DNA from: Sedimentisphaeraceae bacterium JB056
GTDB lineage: Bacteria > Planctomycetota > Phycisphaerae > Sedimentisphaerales > Sedimentisphaeraceae
Direction: 5' to 3'
DNA length: 64,000 nucleotides
Assembly: GCA_044440125.1 (NCBI GenBank)
Contig: JBITAJ010000018.1
Location: 96,001 to 160,000 of the forward strand
This document shows positions 28,604-38,838 of the stretch, in pieces (within the stretch, counting starts at the first letter, position 1; every line of letters begins with the position of its first letter). The position numbers were made by a program, and so were the translations under genes. The notes beneath the pieces are model-generated. The model saw nothing but the letters and a program-made list of their open reading frames with translations, had not been told where the DNA came from and ran no database searches.

Positions 28604-29929
28604 TTACAGCCCTCTGTTTTCGTTATGCTTTCTGAACATAAGTCGTATTGGAACTTCACTTACAGGTAAAAGGTCTCTTAGCCTGTTTATCATAAATCTC
28701 TGATAATTCTCGTCGAAATAATCAGGACGATTCACGAAAACAAGAAGGGAAATCGGTTGAACGCCGACTTGTGTTGCGTAGTATATGCGAGGGAACCCAC
28801 CTTTTTTGGCTGTTCCTACTTTTTCGTTCTTGATTTCATCCATAGCCTTATTTAGTATGGATGTTGGTATCTCGCAGATACTTTGTTTATAAAGTTCTGT
28901 GGCCAAGTCAAGTGTACTTTGCAGGTTTTTGCCGTCTTTGGCTGTCGTGAATGCTATTGGTGCATATCTTAAACCCGGAAGTACTTCTGATAGATAATCA
29001 GCGTAATCATCGGTATCTGCATCGTCTTTTACAAGGTCCCATTTGTTGACCACAAGAATGCATGGCTTGAATTCATCAGAGATGAATTTTGCGAGTTTCT
29101 TATCTACCTGAGATATCGGCAGGGTAGCGTCAATCATGAACAGTACTACATCTGCGCGAGTTATAGATTTTGTAGCTCTCGTATAACTGTAGTATTCAAC
29201 ATTTTCCTTCATCTTGTTCTTTTTATAAATACCGGCAGTATCTATAGCGATGAAGGTTTGCCCATCTCTTTCAAATCGGATATCCACGGCATCTCTGGTT
29301 GTGCCGGCGATCTCGCTTACAATCATTCTTTCCTGACCAACAATTGAATTCACGAAACTGCTTTTACCGGCGTTTCTTTTGCCGACAATGGCAAGTTTCA
29401 TGATTGCTTCCTGGGGGTTCTCCCATTCTATATGTTTAAGTCTTTCAATGACAGCATCCATCATTTTAGACTTATTCAAATTGCTTGTGGCAGATACGCA
29501 TAAAGCTTCACCAAAGCCCAATCTCACAAATTCAGCAGCTCGTGGAAATAGACTTGCCTTGTCTGCCTTATTGGCTATGACCATGACATTAGGATTGTGT
29601 TTCCGCAGTAGACGGGCTATCTTGTTTTCAAGAGGAGTGATTCCTTCACGGATATCTACAACGAATAGAATAAGATCGGCAGAGCGTATTGCTACATCTA
29701 TCTGCGATTCAATTTGATCGCTTAAGGCCTCTTTGTCAACGATGCCGTATCCACCTGTATCAAGCATTTCTATATGCGTGTCGCCATAACGCACCATTAC
29801 ACTCACCCTGTCGCGGGTGATGCCGGGTGTTGGCTCTACAATACTTATCATCGAGCCGGCAAGTGCATTAAGCAGCGAACTTTTGCCTACGTTTGGTCGT
29901 CCTATTATAGCAACTGTTGGTACTGCCAC
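28604..29929 (-). CDS. der: Ribosome biogenesis GTPase Der (EngA)
   Basis: Two GTPase domains: GRPNVGKS/TRD/DTGG/NKAD and GKRNAGKS/GTTRD/DTAG/NKWD. Confidence 0.96.
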   Translation of the reverse strand: MAVPTVAIIGRPNVGKSSLLNALAGSMISIVEPTPGITRDRVSVMVRYGDTHIEMLDTGGYGIVDKEALSDQIESQIDVAIRSADLILFVVDIREGITPLENKIARLLRKHNPNVMVIANKADKASLFPRAAEFVRLGFGEALCVSATSNLNKSKMMDAVIERLKHIEWENPQEAIMKLAIVGKRNAGKSSFVNSIVGQERMIVSEIAGTTRDAVDIRFERDGQTFIAIDTAGIYKKNKMKENVEYYSYTRATKSITRADVVLFMIDATLPISQVDKKLAKFISDEFKPCILVVNKWDLVKDDADTDDYADYLSEVLPGLRYAPIAFTTAKDGKNLQSTLDLATELYKQSICEIPTSILNKAMDEIKNEKVGTAKKGGFPRIYYATQVGVQPISLLVFVNRPDYFDENYQRFMINRLRDLLPVSEVPIRLMFRKHNENRGL

Positions 29930-30184
29930 AGTTTTGCCTTTCTTGTATTATTGATGCCTAAATGGGCTATTTGTCGTATACTAACTGCATTCCTGATACC
30001 TTAATCAAGAATGAATGGCGAATTATAACAGATTTGAACGTGCAAAGCAAGATAACAGTAAGCCTGTGGATTGCAAAACAAAAAAACTTCAGATTTTAAT
30101 CGCTATATTGTCTTTTTGGAAATATAGCTTGAATGTAAAGGTGGAAAGGCTAAGATGGATTTCTTAATTTTTCAGGAGTTTTAG

Positions 30185-31294
30185 ATGAGATTAAATTTGA
30201 GTATTTTTATTGTCGGAGTGATGATTAACATGGCCAATGCAAGAACTATTCCGGTCTACTTTGGCACTTATTCAGAAGGTATATACCGAAGTGTATTTGA
30301 TGATGAGAATGGCAAGCTGAGCAATCCGGTGTTGGCGGGGCGGCTTAATGGTGCATCTTATTTTGTTATTGATAGCGAGAGGAGTTTCCTATATTCAGTC
30401 AGCGAGTCAGGCCCAAGCAGCGAGATTGCTGCATTTAAGATAGAGGATGATATGTCGCTGAGACTTATCAATAAATTACCTTCGGGTGGCAGCTCTGCGT
30501 GTTATTTGAGTTTTGACAAAACAGAGAGATATCTCTTTGCAGCTAATTACAGCAGCGGCACTGTCGCCGTGTTTAGTATTGCGAAAGACCATAGCTTGAA
30601 AGAAATGACATGCCTTGTTCAGCACGAAACTGGAAAAGATGAGGCGGGCAATGCTGTGAGTCCAAGAGCGCATAGCATGATACCGGATATTTACAATAAG
30701 CATCTTTTTTCTGCGGATCTTGGCCTTGACAGAATAATGATATATGACTTTGATATTGAGTCAGGCCAAATTAAATCTGCATCTCAACCATTTCTTCAGC
30801 TTGAAAAGGGCAGTGGACCTCGGCATCTTGTTTTCAATGATACTGGCGAGGTTTTGTACTGTATTAATGAGCTTGCATCTACAATAGCGGTTTTGGCATA
30901 TTTTCCCGAGAATTCTTCGAAAATGCTGGCTCCTGCGCAGACAATTTCAACATTACCGACTGATTATGAAGGTCGCAATGCTTGTGCGGAAGTGCTTATA
31001 AGTCCTTGTAAAAAATATCTTTATGCCTCTAATAGAGGACATGATACTATTGCTGCTTTTCGCATAAATCCAGATGACGGAAAGCTTAGTTTCTTAGACT
31101 GCTGCACGGGAGACATTGATTTTCCACGTGGTTTCAGGCTGGATCCAAGCGGAAAGTTTTGCTTGGTGGCAAATCAGAAAGGCGACAGTGTTGTTGTTTT
31201 TGCAATTGATCAGAAAGTAGGTCTGCTAAAACGAACAGAACACCGGATTGCGATTGCCAAACCGGTGTTCGTTAAGTTCTTAGATAAGTACTGA
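30185..31294 (+). CDS. pgl: Lactonase family protein (6-phosphogluconolactonase-like)
   Basis: Motifs YFGTY, AANYSSG, HS...DLGLD, GSGPRH, ELAS, LYASNRGHD and FPRGF. Confidence 0.85.
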   Translation: MRLNLSIFIVGVMINMANARTIPVYFGTYSEGIYRSVFDDENGKLSNPVLAGRLNGASYFVIDSERSFLYSVSESGPSSEIAAFKIEDDMSLRLINKLPSGGSSACYLSFDKTERYLFAANYSSGTVAVFSIAKDHSLKEMTCLVQHETGKDEAGNAVSPRAHSMIPDIYNKHLFSADLGLDRIMIYDFDIESGQIKSASQPFLQLEKGSGPRHLVFNDTGEVLYCINELASTIAVLAYFPENSSKMLAPAQTISTLPTDYEGRNACAEVLISPCKKYLYASNRGHDTIAAFRINPDDGKLSFLDCCTGDIDFPRGFRLDPSGKFCLVANQKGDSVVVFAIDQKVGLLKRTEHRIAIAKPVFVKFLDKY

Positions 31295-32473
31295 TTACTT
31301 TAGTACAAGGTAGTAAAGTTTGCCTTCCTCGTAGGTTTTTCCTGCAACCAGTCCGGCTTCATCGCCTTGACCCATATAGATATCGCATCTGCCGGGAGCT
31401 CTTATCGCTCCCCCAGTGTCCTGATCAAGGAAGAATCCTTTATATGGATATATTACGACTTCATTTCCTATATTCCTGGGCAGCTTTGTGTCTATGAATG
31501 TTAGCGCCGCACGTGGGAAGATTGTTTTGTCTGTAGCTATAGTTCGCAGTCGCATTACCGGTTCGTTAATACTGCCGGTCGGATTACCTTGTGTGATTCG
31601 GAAGAATACAAAGCGAGGATTCGTATTAACGTACCTCGGCACCTGATCTTTATTACGGCTGAAATAGTCGATCATAGCAGACAGACTCATCTTATCAAGT
31701 GGGATTCCTGCGTTTGCACTTAAATCCTTTGTGATGCTTTTATACTCGTAACCATTTGTTGCTGCATAACCTACCGTTACAAGAGACCCGTCTTCAATGC
31801 GTATCTTGGCAGAGCCTTGAACATGAGCTATATAGACTTCGAATGGATCCTCCAGCCATATTATTTCTTTGCCGTTAAGGATGCCGGAACTTTCTATCTG
31901 ACTTCGTGGAGGACATTTCATTAGTTGTCCGCCTGCTCCTTCGATGCCAATCGTTTCTCCTGATTCGTTCTTCACTAATCCATCAGGCATTCCGTAAAGC
32001 GGGTATTTGAATCTTTCGCTTCTGGTTTGGGACCCATTAAAAATAGGCGTGTAGTAACCGGTGAAGAGTACTGTTCCTTGTTTATCGCAACCTACAGACA
32101 TGTAGACATCGAATTTTTGTGCAATTTGATCATTCAGTTGAGATGGTCCGTAGCCTTGATTAATTAGATCACGAAAAGCTCTGAGACTGTCTACTACTCT
32201 CTGATGCGAAATACCGTTAATTGGGAAAAAATTGTGACTTGAAGGTTTGCCCATATAATTAAGGCTGTTGTTTATTGCCTCTTCAAGTCCATAAAGATTA
32301 TTGCAGGCTTTTGTGAAATCAGGCATCATTGCAGGGTCAGTAATCTTTACAAGTGCCTCTTCACCCGGAAGAAGCTCACGGTTGTAATCCAGCTTTTCTT
32401 CGGTTTTAGTTTTACATCCTGCAAACGTAAGAACCAGCATTGCAGCTGATACAAGCAATAGTTTTTTATACAT
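31295..32473 (-). CDS. mltA: Membrane-bound lytic murein transglycosylase A (lipoprotein)
   Basis: Lipobox LTFAGC; FTGYYTP, HVQGS, NPRFVFF, IATD and DQDTGGAIR...RCDIYMG. Confidence 0.9.
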   Translation of the reverse strand: MYKKLLLVSAAMLVLTFAGCKTKTEEKLDYNRELLPGEEALVKITDPAMMPDFTKACNNLYGLEEAINNSLNYMGKPSSHNFFPINGISHQRVVDSLRAFRDLINQGYGPSQLNDQIAQKFDVYMSVGCDKQGTVLFTGYYTPIFNGSQTRSERFKYPLYGMPDGLVKNESGETIGIEGAGGQLMKCPPRSQIESSGILNGKEIIWLEDPFEVYIAHVQGSAKIRIEDGSLVTVGYAATNGYEYKSITKDLSANAGIPLDKMSLSAMIDYFSRNKDQVPRYVNTNPRFVFFRITQGNPTGSINEPVMRLRTIATDKTIFPRAALTFIDTKLPRNIGNEVVIYPYKGFFLDQDTGGAIRAPGRCDIYMGQGDEAGLVAGKTYEEGKLYYLVLK

Positions 32474-32778
32474 ATCATACCTCAATTAATTCACCGCCTT
32501 GATATTTAAGAATAGCGGCTTTCAAATATAAATAACTGAAGGTCAAATCCGTAAGACCTGTTTGGGGTTATTATATCAAATATTAAAAAACCTTCCAGCG
32601 GCAACTGAAAAAAAGTTGCCCGAGATGTTCATGCCAAAAGTAACAAAGGGCTTCGGTTTACCAACATAATCTTTTTGAAATTGCGGACATTTTTTATTGA
32701 CTACTCTTACCGTATAAACTACACTATATTAGTAGTTTGTAAGAATAATAGTGATTGTAGACACTTTTTATATAGTAT

Positions 32779-33486
32779 ATGCACATAGTTAAAACATTCA
32801 GAAGTTATTTTCTTCGCGGAATGGCGGCTCTTTTGCCGACCATTCTTACTGTATGGCTATTCGTGCAGTTCTATCAGTTCATCCAAAAGAACGTCAGCAG
32901 CTATATAAATAAGTTTATTGTTAACATAATCTTATGGCTTGGAAGTTCTTCGACTCAGGAGGAGCTTAGCCAATTTTGGGTTGACGGTAAAGGGCAGGTA
33001 GTCGGCTTTATTATTGTATTGATACTTGTCTGCTTTATCGGTGCGATTCTTGCAAGCGTTGTTGGACGTAGTATATGGAAATCAGTTGAAAAAATGTTGA
33101 CGAGTATACCGCTTGTCAGTAGGGTTTATCCCTATATCAAGCAGGTTACTGATGCTTTATTTAACAAGGAAAACAATCTCGCATTCAAACGCGTAGTAGC
33201 TATAGAATATCCCCGTAAGGGGACGTGGTCGCTGGGTCTTGTTACCGGCTCAGGACTCAGGCGAGTGGTAGAGAGCGTAGATGAGGATATGGTTACAATA
33301 TTCGTGCCAAGTTCACCTACGCCATTTACCGGATATGTACTTATGGTAAAAGAGTCGGAAACGATAGCTTTGGAGCTGTCAGTTGAAGAAGCGTTGAGAT
33401 TTACAGTCAGCGGAGGTGTGATAACTCCTGCACACTGGAAGAGTTTGCAAGAATCCGAGAAGGATAAGCTGACGGATGTCTCATAA
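32779..33486 (+). CDS. DUF502 family membrane protein
   Basis: Motifs IPLVSRVYPYIKQ, VAIEYPRKG, FVPSSPTPFTG and SVEEALRFTVSGG. Confidence 0.85.
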   Translation: MHIVKTFRSYFLRGMAALLPTILTVWLFVQFYQFIQKNVSSYINKFIVNIILWLGSSSTQEELSQFWVDGKGQVVGFIIVLILVCFIGAILASVVGRSIWKSVEKMLTSIPLVSRVYPYIKQVTDALFNKENNLAFKRVVAIEYPRKGTWSLGLVTGSGLRRVVESVDEDMVTIFVPSSPTPFTGYVLMVKESETIALELSVEEALRFTVSGGVITPAHWKSLQESEKDKLTDVS

Positions 33487-33524
33487 ATTAAAAGTTGTAG
33501 CCTTTAATTAATAGGAGAAAGACT

Positions 33525-33845
33525 ATGGAACTTAAAATCACCGGAAGGCATATGGATATAACCAATGCCCTGAAAACTCAGATAGAGGAAAAGGCTGAAA
33601 AACTGCCACGCTACAACAACAATGTTGATCTTGTAGAAGTAATTGTTGACGGAGCAGAGGGTGGAAAACAGTGTATAGAGATCATCGCTAAAGGTGGTCA
33701 TAATCAACTTTTCGTAGTTAAAGAACTCGTTGATAACAACGCTGATTTTTATTCAGTAATGGACACGGTATTCCATAAAATGGAACGCCAGCTTCGAAAA
33801 GCTAAAGAGAAAGAACGTAATCCGATACATAGTGTATCAGAATAG
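33525..33845 (+). CDS. hpf: Ribosome hibernation promoting factor / RaiA
   Basis: MELKITGRHMDITNALK...KMERQLRKAKEK. Confidence 0.88.
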   Translation: MELKITGRHMDITNALKTQIEEKAEKLPRYNNNVDLVEVIVDGAEGGKQCIEIIAKGGHNQLFVVKELVDNNADFYSVMDTVFHKMERQLRKAKEKERNPIHSVSE

Positions 33846-33881
33846 ATTGTTATTATATAGATTTTATCTGGGAGTAATACG

Positions 33882-34352
33882 ATGAAATTGACCGATCTGG
33901 TTTGTCCTGAGGCAATTTTAATAGAGCTTAATGCAAATGAACGAGATGACGTTATTAAAGAATTAGTTATCTCGCTGGGCAAGGCAGGTAAAATAGCGGA
34001 AAATGATGTAGAGTCAGTCATTGAGGCTGTAATTAGTCGTGAAAATGAAGCCAGTACGGGTATAGGCAAGGGTGTGGCAGTACCTCACGTAAAGACCAAT
34101 AAGGTTGCTGCTCCGGTTGCTGCCTTCGGACTTTGTCCCGATGGCTTGGATTTTTCATCTCTTGACAAGCAGCCGGTTTATTCGATATTTTTATTGATAA
34201 GTCCTGATGATGCGGCCGATGCTCATATTTCCGCGATGGAAGTTATTTTCAAAAATCTCCAAAAAGATGATTTTAGAAGCTTCCTCAAACAGGCGAAAAA
34301 AGTAGATGATGTTGTTTCTCTGCTCAAAGAAGCAGATAGTGACGAAATATAG
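33882..34352 (+). CDS. PTS IIA component (Ntr/fructose type)
   Basis: RE...STGIGKGVAVPH phospho-His motif; LDKQPV. Confidence 0.9.
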   Translation: MKLTDLVCPEAILIELNANERDDVIKELVISLGKAGKIAENDVESVIEAVISRENEASTGIGKGVAVPHVKTNKVAAPVAAFGLCPDGLDFSSLDKQPVYSIFLLISPDDAADAHISAMEVIFKNLQKDDFRSFLKQAKKVDDVVSLLKEADSDEI

Positions 34353-34384
34353 CCTGTTCTATTAACCCTGTGACAGGAGTTTGG

Positions 34385-34675
34385 ATGGTTGACGAACTAT
34401 GCGAAACTTTTTTAGAGATCCGTAACATTTATGGTCTGCATATGCGTCCGGCAATGATGTTCGCTGAGCTTGCAGCTGAGTTTGACTGTGACATTAAAGT
34501 CAGGTCTGGCGACATGGAAGTTGACGGAAAAAGCGTTGCTGAAGTAATGACCCTCGGGCTTCCCAGCGGAGCCAGAATGCAGGTTGTTGCGCAGGGTGAA
34601 GATGCGTCAAGAGCTATTGAGGCTATAAAGGACCTCGTTGAGATCCGACTGTTTGATGAAGACAGTGCTCCCTGA
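34385..34675 (+). CDS. ptsH: HPr phosphocarrier protein
   Basis: NIYGLHMRPA and VDGKSV motifs; AGGAG RBS before ATG 34385. Confidence 0.9.
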   Translation: MVDELCETFLEIRNIYGLHMRPAMMFAELAAEFDCDIKVRSGDMEVDGKSVAEVMTLGLPSGARMQVVAQGEDASRAIEAIKDLVEIRLFDEDSAP

Positions 34676-34705
34676 GAATTACTTAAGTAATCACTGAACT
34701 AAAAA

Positions 34706-36442
34706 ATGGAAACCAAAAAAGGCATTGCGGTATCGCCCGGAATAGTCATTGCCAAATGCATGGTGATTGATGTTGAAGATTTGCGTCTTCAACGCAAAAC
34801 CATTAGTGCTGCTGATGTCAATGACCAGCAAAAGCGAGTTCGAGACGCATTTGCCACGGCAGTGTATCAGCTTAGCGAGGCTGAGTCTTCGCAAAAAATA
34901 GAAGAAGGCAGCATTAAGGATATTTTTGCTGTTCACATGAGTTTTATGCGCGATCGTAAGCTCTGGATGAAGATCGAGAATTTAATCGAAAAAGATCTTG
35001 TAAGTGCCGAGTATGCTGTTTCCGTTGTTCTCAGAGAGATTGCTACACATTTCAAAAGATCTCCCAGTAAGTATGTGAATGAACGTGCTGCTGACATTTA
35101 CGATATTGAGCGGCGTATTCTCCGAACGATGAATAATGACGACATCTTTGATACTACAAAGTTAAGCGAAGAGGTTGTCATTGTTTCTCACGATCTTTCT
35201 CCAACCCAAACAGCTTCATTTGACAGGAATTATATAAAAGGTTTTGCGACCAATGCTGGTGGACGTACGAGCCATACGGCAATAGTTGCAAGGTCTTTGG
35301 GGATTCCTGCTGTTGTTGCTCTCGAAGATGTCACTGCTTCTGCGCAGCAGGGACAAACAGTTATTATTGATGGCAATCAGGGAATTGTTATAATTGAGCC
35401 TGATGAAGATACCTTAAAGAGGTATCGAGAGCAATATATTAATTTTCATGCCTTTGAAAACAAGCTTGATTCACTTCGAGATGTTGAAGCTGTTACGCGT
35501 GATGGTACAAAGATAAATATTACCGCCAATATCGAGTTTCCTGCTGAGGTCGATATGGTTAAAAGCAGAGGTGCTGATGGTATAGGGCTTTACCGAACTG
35601 AGTTTCTTTACCTTGAGAGCCGAACTGAACCGACAGAGGAAGATCATTTTGCAGCATACAAGGAGGTGCTTGACAAGCTCGATGGCAAGCCAATGGTTAT
35701 CAGGACAATGGATCTTGGAGCTGACAAGGTTGTTGATGATGAGAATTTTCACCATGAGAGCAATCCTGTTCTGGGGTTGCGTTCGATACGTTACTGTCTC
35801 CAGAATCTTCCGATGTTTAAAAAACAGCTTCGTGCTGTTTTAAGGGCTTCTGCTCTTGGTGATGTTCGAGTTATGTTTCCATTGATAACCAATGTCCAGG
35901 AGATACGTCAGGCTAAGATGATTCTTCGTGATGTCATGGAGGATCTGGATGATGAGGGTATTAAGTATGATCCTGATATGAAGGTTGGTATCATGATCGA
36001 GACACCAAGTGCTGCGTTGATGTCGGGACTTCTGGCTCGTGAAGCCGATTTCTTTAGCGTTGGTACTAATGATTTGATACAGTATACTCTTGCTGTTGAC
36101 CGTTCGAATGAAAAGGTTATAACTCTTTATTCTCCCGGTGAGCCTGCTGTTCTCAAACTGCTTAAAATGGTTATTGACGTTGCTCAAAGAGAGAATATAC
36201 ATTTAAGTATTTGTGGTGAAATGGCTTCTGAACCGGAATTTATTCTTTTACTTCTTGGTATGGGGGTGCGTAACCTTTCTATGGGCCCATCAATGATACC
36301 GGAGATCAAAATGATAGTTCGATCTATTGATATCAGTCATAGTGAGAAATGTGCTGCAGATATATTAGCTATGGAATCTCGTAGACAAGTGACAAATTAT
36401 TTGCGTGATGCAGCTATGAAAACAATACCAGAGGCTCTTTGA
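34706..36442 (+). CDS. ptsI: PEP-protein phosphotransferase (PTS enzyme I)
   Basis: Motifs GGRTSHTAI, GIGLYRTEF, NPVLGLRSIR, SVGTNDLIQY and ICGEMAS. Confidence 0.96.
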   Translation: METKKGIAVSPGIVIAKCMVIDVEDLRLQRKTISAADVNDQQKRVRDAFATAVYQLSEAESSQKIEEGSIKDIFAVHMSFMRDRKLWMKIENLIEKDLVSAEYAVSVVLREIATHFKRSPSKYVNERAADIYDIERRILRTMNNDDIFDTTKLSEEVVIVSHDLSPTQTASFDRNYIKGFATNAGGRTSHTAIVARSLGIPAVVALEDVTASAQQGQTVIIDGNQGIVIIEPDEDTLKRYREQYINFHAFENKLDSLRDVEAVTRDGTKINITANIEFPAEVDMVKSRGADGIGLYRTEFLYLESRTEPTEEDHFAAYKEVLDKLDGKPMVIRTMDLGADKVVDDENFHHESNPVLGLRSIRYCLQNLPMFKKQLRAVLRASALGDVRVMFPLITNVQEIRQAKMILRDVMEDLDDEGIKYDPDMKVGIMIETPSAALMSGLLAREADFFSVGTNDLIQYTLAVDRSNEKVITLYSPGEPAVLKLLKMVIDVAQRENIHLSICGEMASEPEFILLLLGMGVRNLSMGPSMIPEIKMIVRSIDISHSEKCAADILAMESRRQVTNYLRDAAMKTIPEAL

Positions 36443-37116
36443 TGGATCCAAACAAGATCGACACACGAACTGTAAAAGTTATATTTGAAGTTAAGGGTTT
36501 ATTGCGTTTTCTCTCTCATCAGGAAACCGCCAGAATGTTCAAACGAGCCATAGCAAGATCAGGGGTGCGGCTGCATTACAGTCAGGGATTTAATCCGCAT
36601 CCTAAAATGAGTCTTCCGTTACCCAGAAGTGTTTCAATGGCTTCTGAGTGTGAGTTGTTGCAATTAAGTATTGTAGCGGATGAGTTTGGCAAATTTCCGA
36701 CTGCAGATCAAGTAAGAAGTTTGCTTGAACCTCAGATGCCGGAAGACATAGAGATTGCAAATGTTGAGATTTATGAGGATAAGGTGAAGTTTAATCCTGC
36801 CGATGTCACCTATTCCATTCCTGTGCGACAGGAAGAAAATATTAAGAAGAAGATTACGGATATTAAGGAGCAGCTGGATTCGGGATCTTCTTTGATTTTA
36901 GAGCGGGTTAGTCATAAAACTGGAAAAAGTAAGTGCGTAGATCTTGCCGATTTTATTGAGAAAATGGAGATTTCAGACAAAGATGTAACAGTGGTGGCTC
37001 GAATATTGAATGGGACATCAGTTAAGCTTGAAGAACTTACAAAAATGTTTGGAATTGAAGAATCTGATCTCAATGGTCCGATCGTACGCGAAAATGTAGA
37101 ATGGAATATAAAGTAA
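36442..37116 (+). CDS. TIGR03936/DUF2344 radical SAM-associated protein
   Basis: LRFLSHQETARMFKRAIARSG...YSQGFNPHPKMS...SECE; lies upstream of rng, as is typical. Confidence 0.85.
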   Translation: MDPNKIDTRTVKVIFEVKGLLRFLSHQETARMFKRAIARSGVRLHYSQGFNPHPKMSLPLPRSVSMASECELLQLSIVADEFGKFPTADQVRSLLEPQMPEDIEIANVEIYEDKVKFNPADVTYSIPVRQEENIKKKITDIKEQLDSGSSLILERVSHKTGKSKCVDLADFIEKMEISDKDVTVVARILNGTSVKLEELTKMFGIEESDLNGPIVRENVEWNIK

Positions 37117-37189
37117 CAGACATGGTGTCTGCTATACTGTTTGTTCTGCAAATTTAAAGTTTATACACCCTATAAGGGGGATAAGATAT

Positions 37190-38710
37190 ATGTCAAAAGA
37201 AATGCTTATTAATGTAGCCCAGCGAGATGAATGCAGGGTTGCTGTTGTTGATAATGGAGTTCTTGAAGAACTCTATATGGAACGTGTGAGCTGTGAGTCT
37301 CACGTAAATAATATTTATGTAGGTGTTGTTGTAGGTATTGAGTCTGGTATTCAGGCTGCTTTTGTGGATTTCGGTATGCCAAGGCATGGATTTCTGCACA
37401 TAAGCGATATTCATCCGCGGTATTATACTAATGATAGCAATACTGAAAAAGTCGGACAGCGAAAGGCTATGCGCGAGAGGCCGCCGATTCAGCATTGCAT
37501 TAAGCGTGGACAGAAGATAATTGTCCAGGTTCGCAAAGAGGGGATAGGCACAAAGGGACCTGCTCTTACTACCTACATCTCGCTTCCCGGAAAATATGTT
37601 GTTCTTATGCCATGGCTTAAGAAAATAGGTGTCTCTCAAAAGATTGAGGATGAGGAGCAAAGAGCACGCCTGAAAACTATGATAAATGAAGTCGAACGCC
37701 CCAAGGATGCCGGATTTATTGTAAGAACGGCAGGTGAAAAGGCTACGAAAAGAGATATTGAAAGTGATCTTTCATATTTGGTTCGGCTTTGGAATTCAAT
37801 ACTGAAGAAACAGAAGTCAAAGGCGGCTCCTTGCGAGTTGTATCAGGAAACAAACCTTGCTTTTAGAGCAATAAGGGATATTTTCAACAGTTCTATTCGA
37901 AGGATAATTTGCGATTCTAAAGAAGTCTCGGTTAAAATACACGAATTGATGAATGCTGTTCAGCCTCGTTATAAGAGGCGAATTAGTTATTATGATGGTG
38001 TTGAGCCTTTGTTTCACAAATATGGTATAGAATCTGAAGTTGAAAAGATAAATGAAAGCCGTGTAATGCTTAAGGGTGGTGGGTCCATCGTTATTGAGCA
38101 GACTGAAGCACTTGTCGCTATTGATGTTAACAGTGGTAAGATGCGCCAGTATGGTGATATTGAGAAGACGGCTTTTAAGACAAATATTGAAGCCGCCAAA
38201 GAGATTGCCCGCCAGTTGCGTCTTCGGGATTTAGGGGGTATAATTGTATGTGATTTTATTGATATGGAGCGGGCTGAGAATCGCAGAGAGATAGAAAAGG
38301 CCTTTCGTGAGGCCGTCAAGCCTGACAGAGCAAAATATCGCATACTCAGGATGAGCGGATTCTGTCTCATCGAAATGACTCGTCAAAGAATGCGTCCATC
38401 GCTTGAGCGAAGTGTTTTTCAGCAGTGTCCTAAGTGCGGAGGTGCTGGAATAGTAAAGAGTTATGAATCTATAGCTATACAAATACTGCGATTGCTGCAG
38501 ATAGAACTCGCCAAAGAGGGTGTAAAAGACATACATATAATTTCACCGGTTCAGGTCTCTGATTATCTGCTTAATAACAAGCGTATGGATCTTGCTCAGG
38601 CAGAGAGTGAGCATGAGAAAAGTATTACTGTTCAGCCTGATAGTTCAATGACCGGTGAAAACTACACGATTACGAGCTACGATGAGAGAGGTCGTATAGT
38701 AGAACATTGA
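37190..38710 (+). CDS. rng: Rne/Rng family ribonuclease
   Basis: Motifs QAAFVDFG, GTKGPALTT, TEALVAIDVNSG, QLRLRDLGGIIVCDFIDM and CPKC. Confidence 0.93.
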   Translation: MSKEMLINVAQRDECRVAVVDNGVLEELYMERVSCESHVNNIYVGVVVGIESGIQAAFVDFGMPRHGFLHISDIHPRYYTNDSNTEKVGQRKAMRERPPIQHCIKRGQKIIVQVRKEGIGTKGPALTTYISLPGKYVVLMPWLKKIGVSQKIEDEEQRARLKTMINEVERPKDAGFIVRTAGEKATKRDIESDLSYLVRLWNSILKKQKSKAAPCELYQETNLAFRAIRDIFNSSIRRIICDSKEVSVKIHELMNAVQPRYKRRISYYDGVEPLFHKYGIESEVEKINESRVMLKGGGSIVIEQTEALVAIDVNSGKMRQYGDIEKTAFKTNIEAAKEIARQLRLRDLGGIIVCDFIDMERAENRREIEKAFREAVKPDRAKYRILRMSGFCLIEMTRQRMRPSLERSVFQQCPKCGGAGIVKSYESIAIQILRLLQIELAKEGVKDIHIISPVQVSDYLLNNKRMDLAQAESEHEKSITVQPDSSMTGENYTITSYDERGRIVEH

Positions 38711-38838
38711 TGTTCACATCTTTTATTGCTGCTTGATTAAAAGTTATTTTTGGATATGATAGTCGGCTGTTTAGATTTGATTGGGTAGCTGTGGCATGCT
38801 TTTTAATGCATGCATGAATAAATAGAAAAGGATTTGTA

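Noticed and set aside
32600..32620. GGCAACT-N7-AGTTGCC palindrome between mltA and DUF502
   Set aside because: Single short occurrence with no associated regulator; cannot be told from chance.
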